A stretch of DNA of 19,654 nt from Terriglobia bacterium (GTDB lineage Bacteria > Acidobacteriota > Terriglobia > 20CM-2-55-15). The translations under genes were made by a program, and so were the position numbers. Positions 19,176-19,654 of this stretch are shown piece by piece. Within the stretch, counting starts at the first letter, position 1. Each line of letters begins with the position of its first letter. The notes below the pieces were generated by a model. It worked only from the letters and a program-made list of their open reading frames with translations, was not told the origin of the DNA and did no database searches. Where the stretch lies: the NCBI GenBank assembly GCA_965218585.1, contig CBDCLE010000006.1, forward strand, positions 1 through 19,654, read 5' to 3'.

Positions 19176-19654
19176 ATGAGCTGGTTCGAACATCCGTCGA
19201 TCAAATATTCCTCCGTGTCCCCGACAAGAGCGGCCGAAATCAAGAGTCAGCTCGGAAACCTCGCGACGCTCCACGATCCCGCCCAAAGGTGGGATAGCGT
19301 TTCAAAAAAGATCCTTAAAACGTCTGACCCGTTCGAACTCCATAAGGATCTCTTTCGAGAGAACTACCGGGAATGGGACCCCGAGCGTGGCCCACCCCCG
19401 GCCGTCAACCCGAACGAGCAGGCAGTTCCGCAGACGAACCTGGGAAAATGGCTAAAGCGATTGGGCCTGGGGGGTTATTCGGAGTTTCACGATTTCAGCT
19501 TACGTCAGCCGGACGAATTTCTCCGACTCACCGTAGAGACACTCGACATCCGTTTTCGAAAAACGTTTGACCAGACATTGGATCTCACACAAGGGGTAGA
19601 GCGCCCCTCTTGGTTCAAGGGAGCCAGGATGAACATCGTCGACAGCGCTCTGGA
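19176..19654 (+). CDS. AMP-dependent acyl-CoA synthetase, N-terminal part (truncated by the window; absent from the ORF track)
   Basis: Own translation is open to the window end: MSWFEHP...DPFELHKDLFRENYREWDPERGPPPAVNP...TNLGKWL...YSEFHDFSLRQPDEF...WFKGARMNIVDSAL. This fits the ACS N-terminal W..GA.LN motif. Confidence 0.8.
   Translation, partial: MSWFEHPSIKYSSVSPTRAAEIKSQLGNLATLHDPAQRWDSVSKKILKTSDPFELHKDLFRENYREWDPERGPPPAVNPNEQAVPQTNLGKWLKRLGLGGYSEFHDFSLRQPDEFLRLTVETLDIRFRKTFDQTLDLTQGVERPSWFKGARMNIVDSAL

Overview
GC-rich bacterial chromosomal window. The gene families (DUF6152-type HHS protein, Tat-exported Hyi-like protein, kinase/beta-propeller remnant) suggest an Acidobacteria-like host, which is an inference. 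Five complete insertion sequences of four families occupy about 7.0 kb (about 36%): two near-identical IS1182/IS5-like copies, one IS3 (IS51/IS6110-like), one IS4 and one IS110 of IS1111-type layout. Three of them split host genes whose halves can be rejoined: DUF1572/DinB, DUF6152 and the Hyi-like gene. Host genes are fumC, a small CxxC protein, a LuxR fragment, an organic-acid operon (MmgE/PrpD, SLC13-like transporter, D-2-hydroxyacid dehydrogenase), Sel1 and cupin secreted proteins, a membrane protein-wHTH-uppS-yjbQ operon, and the start of an AMP-dependent acyl-CoA ligase. The best finding is in the 276-nt non-coding region 3' of the IS110 recombinase. It holds a readable bridge-RNA/seekRNA: four guide segments in two stem-enclosed loops match the reconstructed target (CTGCGG-ACATT-GGG) and the circular donor junction (ATTCAA-ACATT-CATG). 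About 15 single-base indels, nearly all in short homopolymer runs, look like long-read sequencing errors rather than true pseudogenes.
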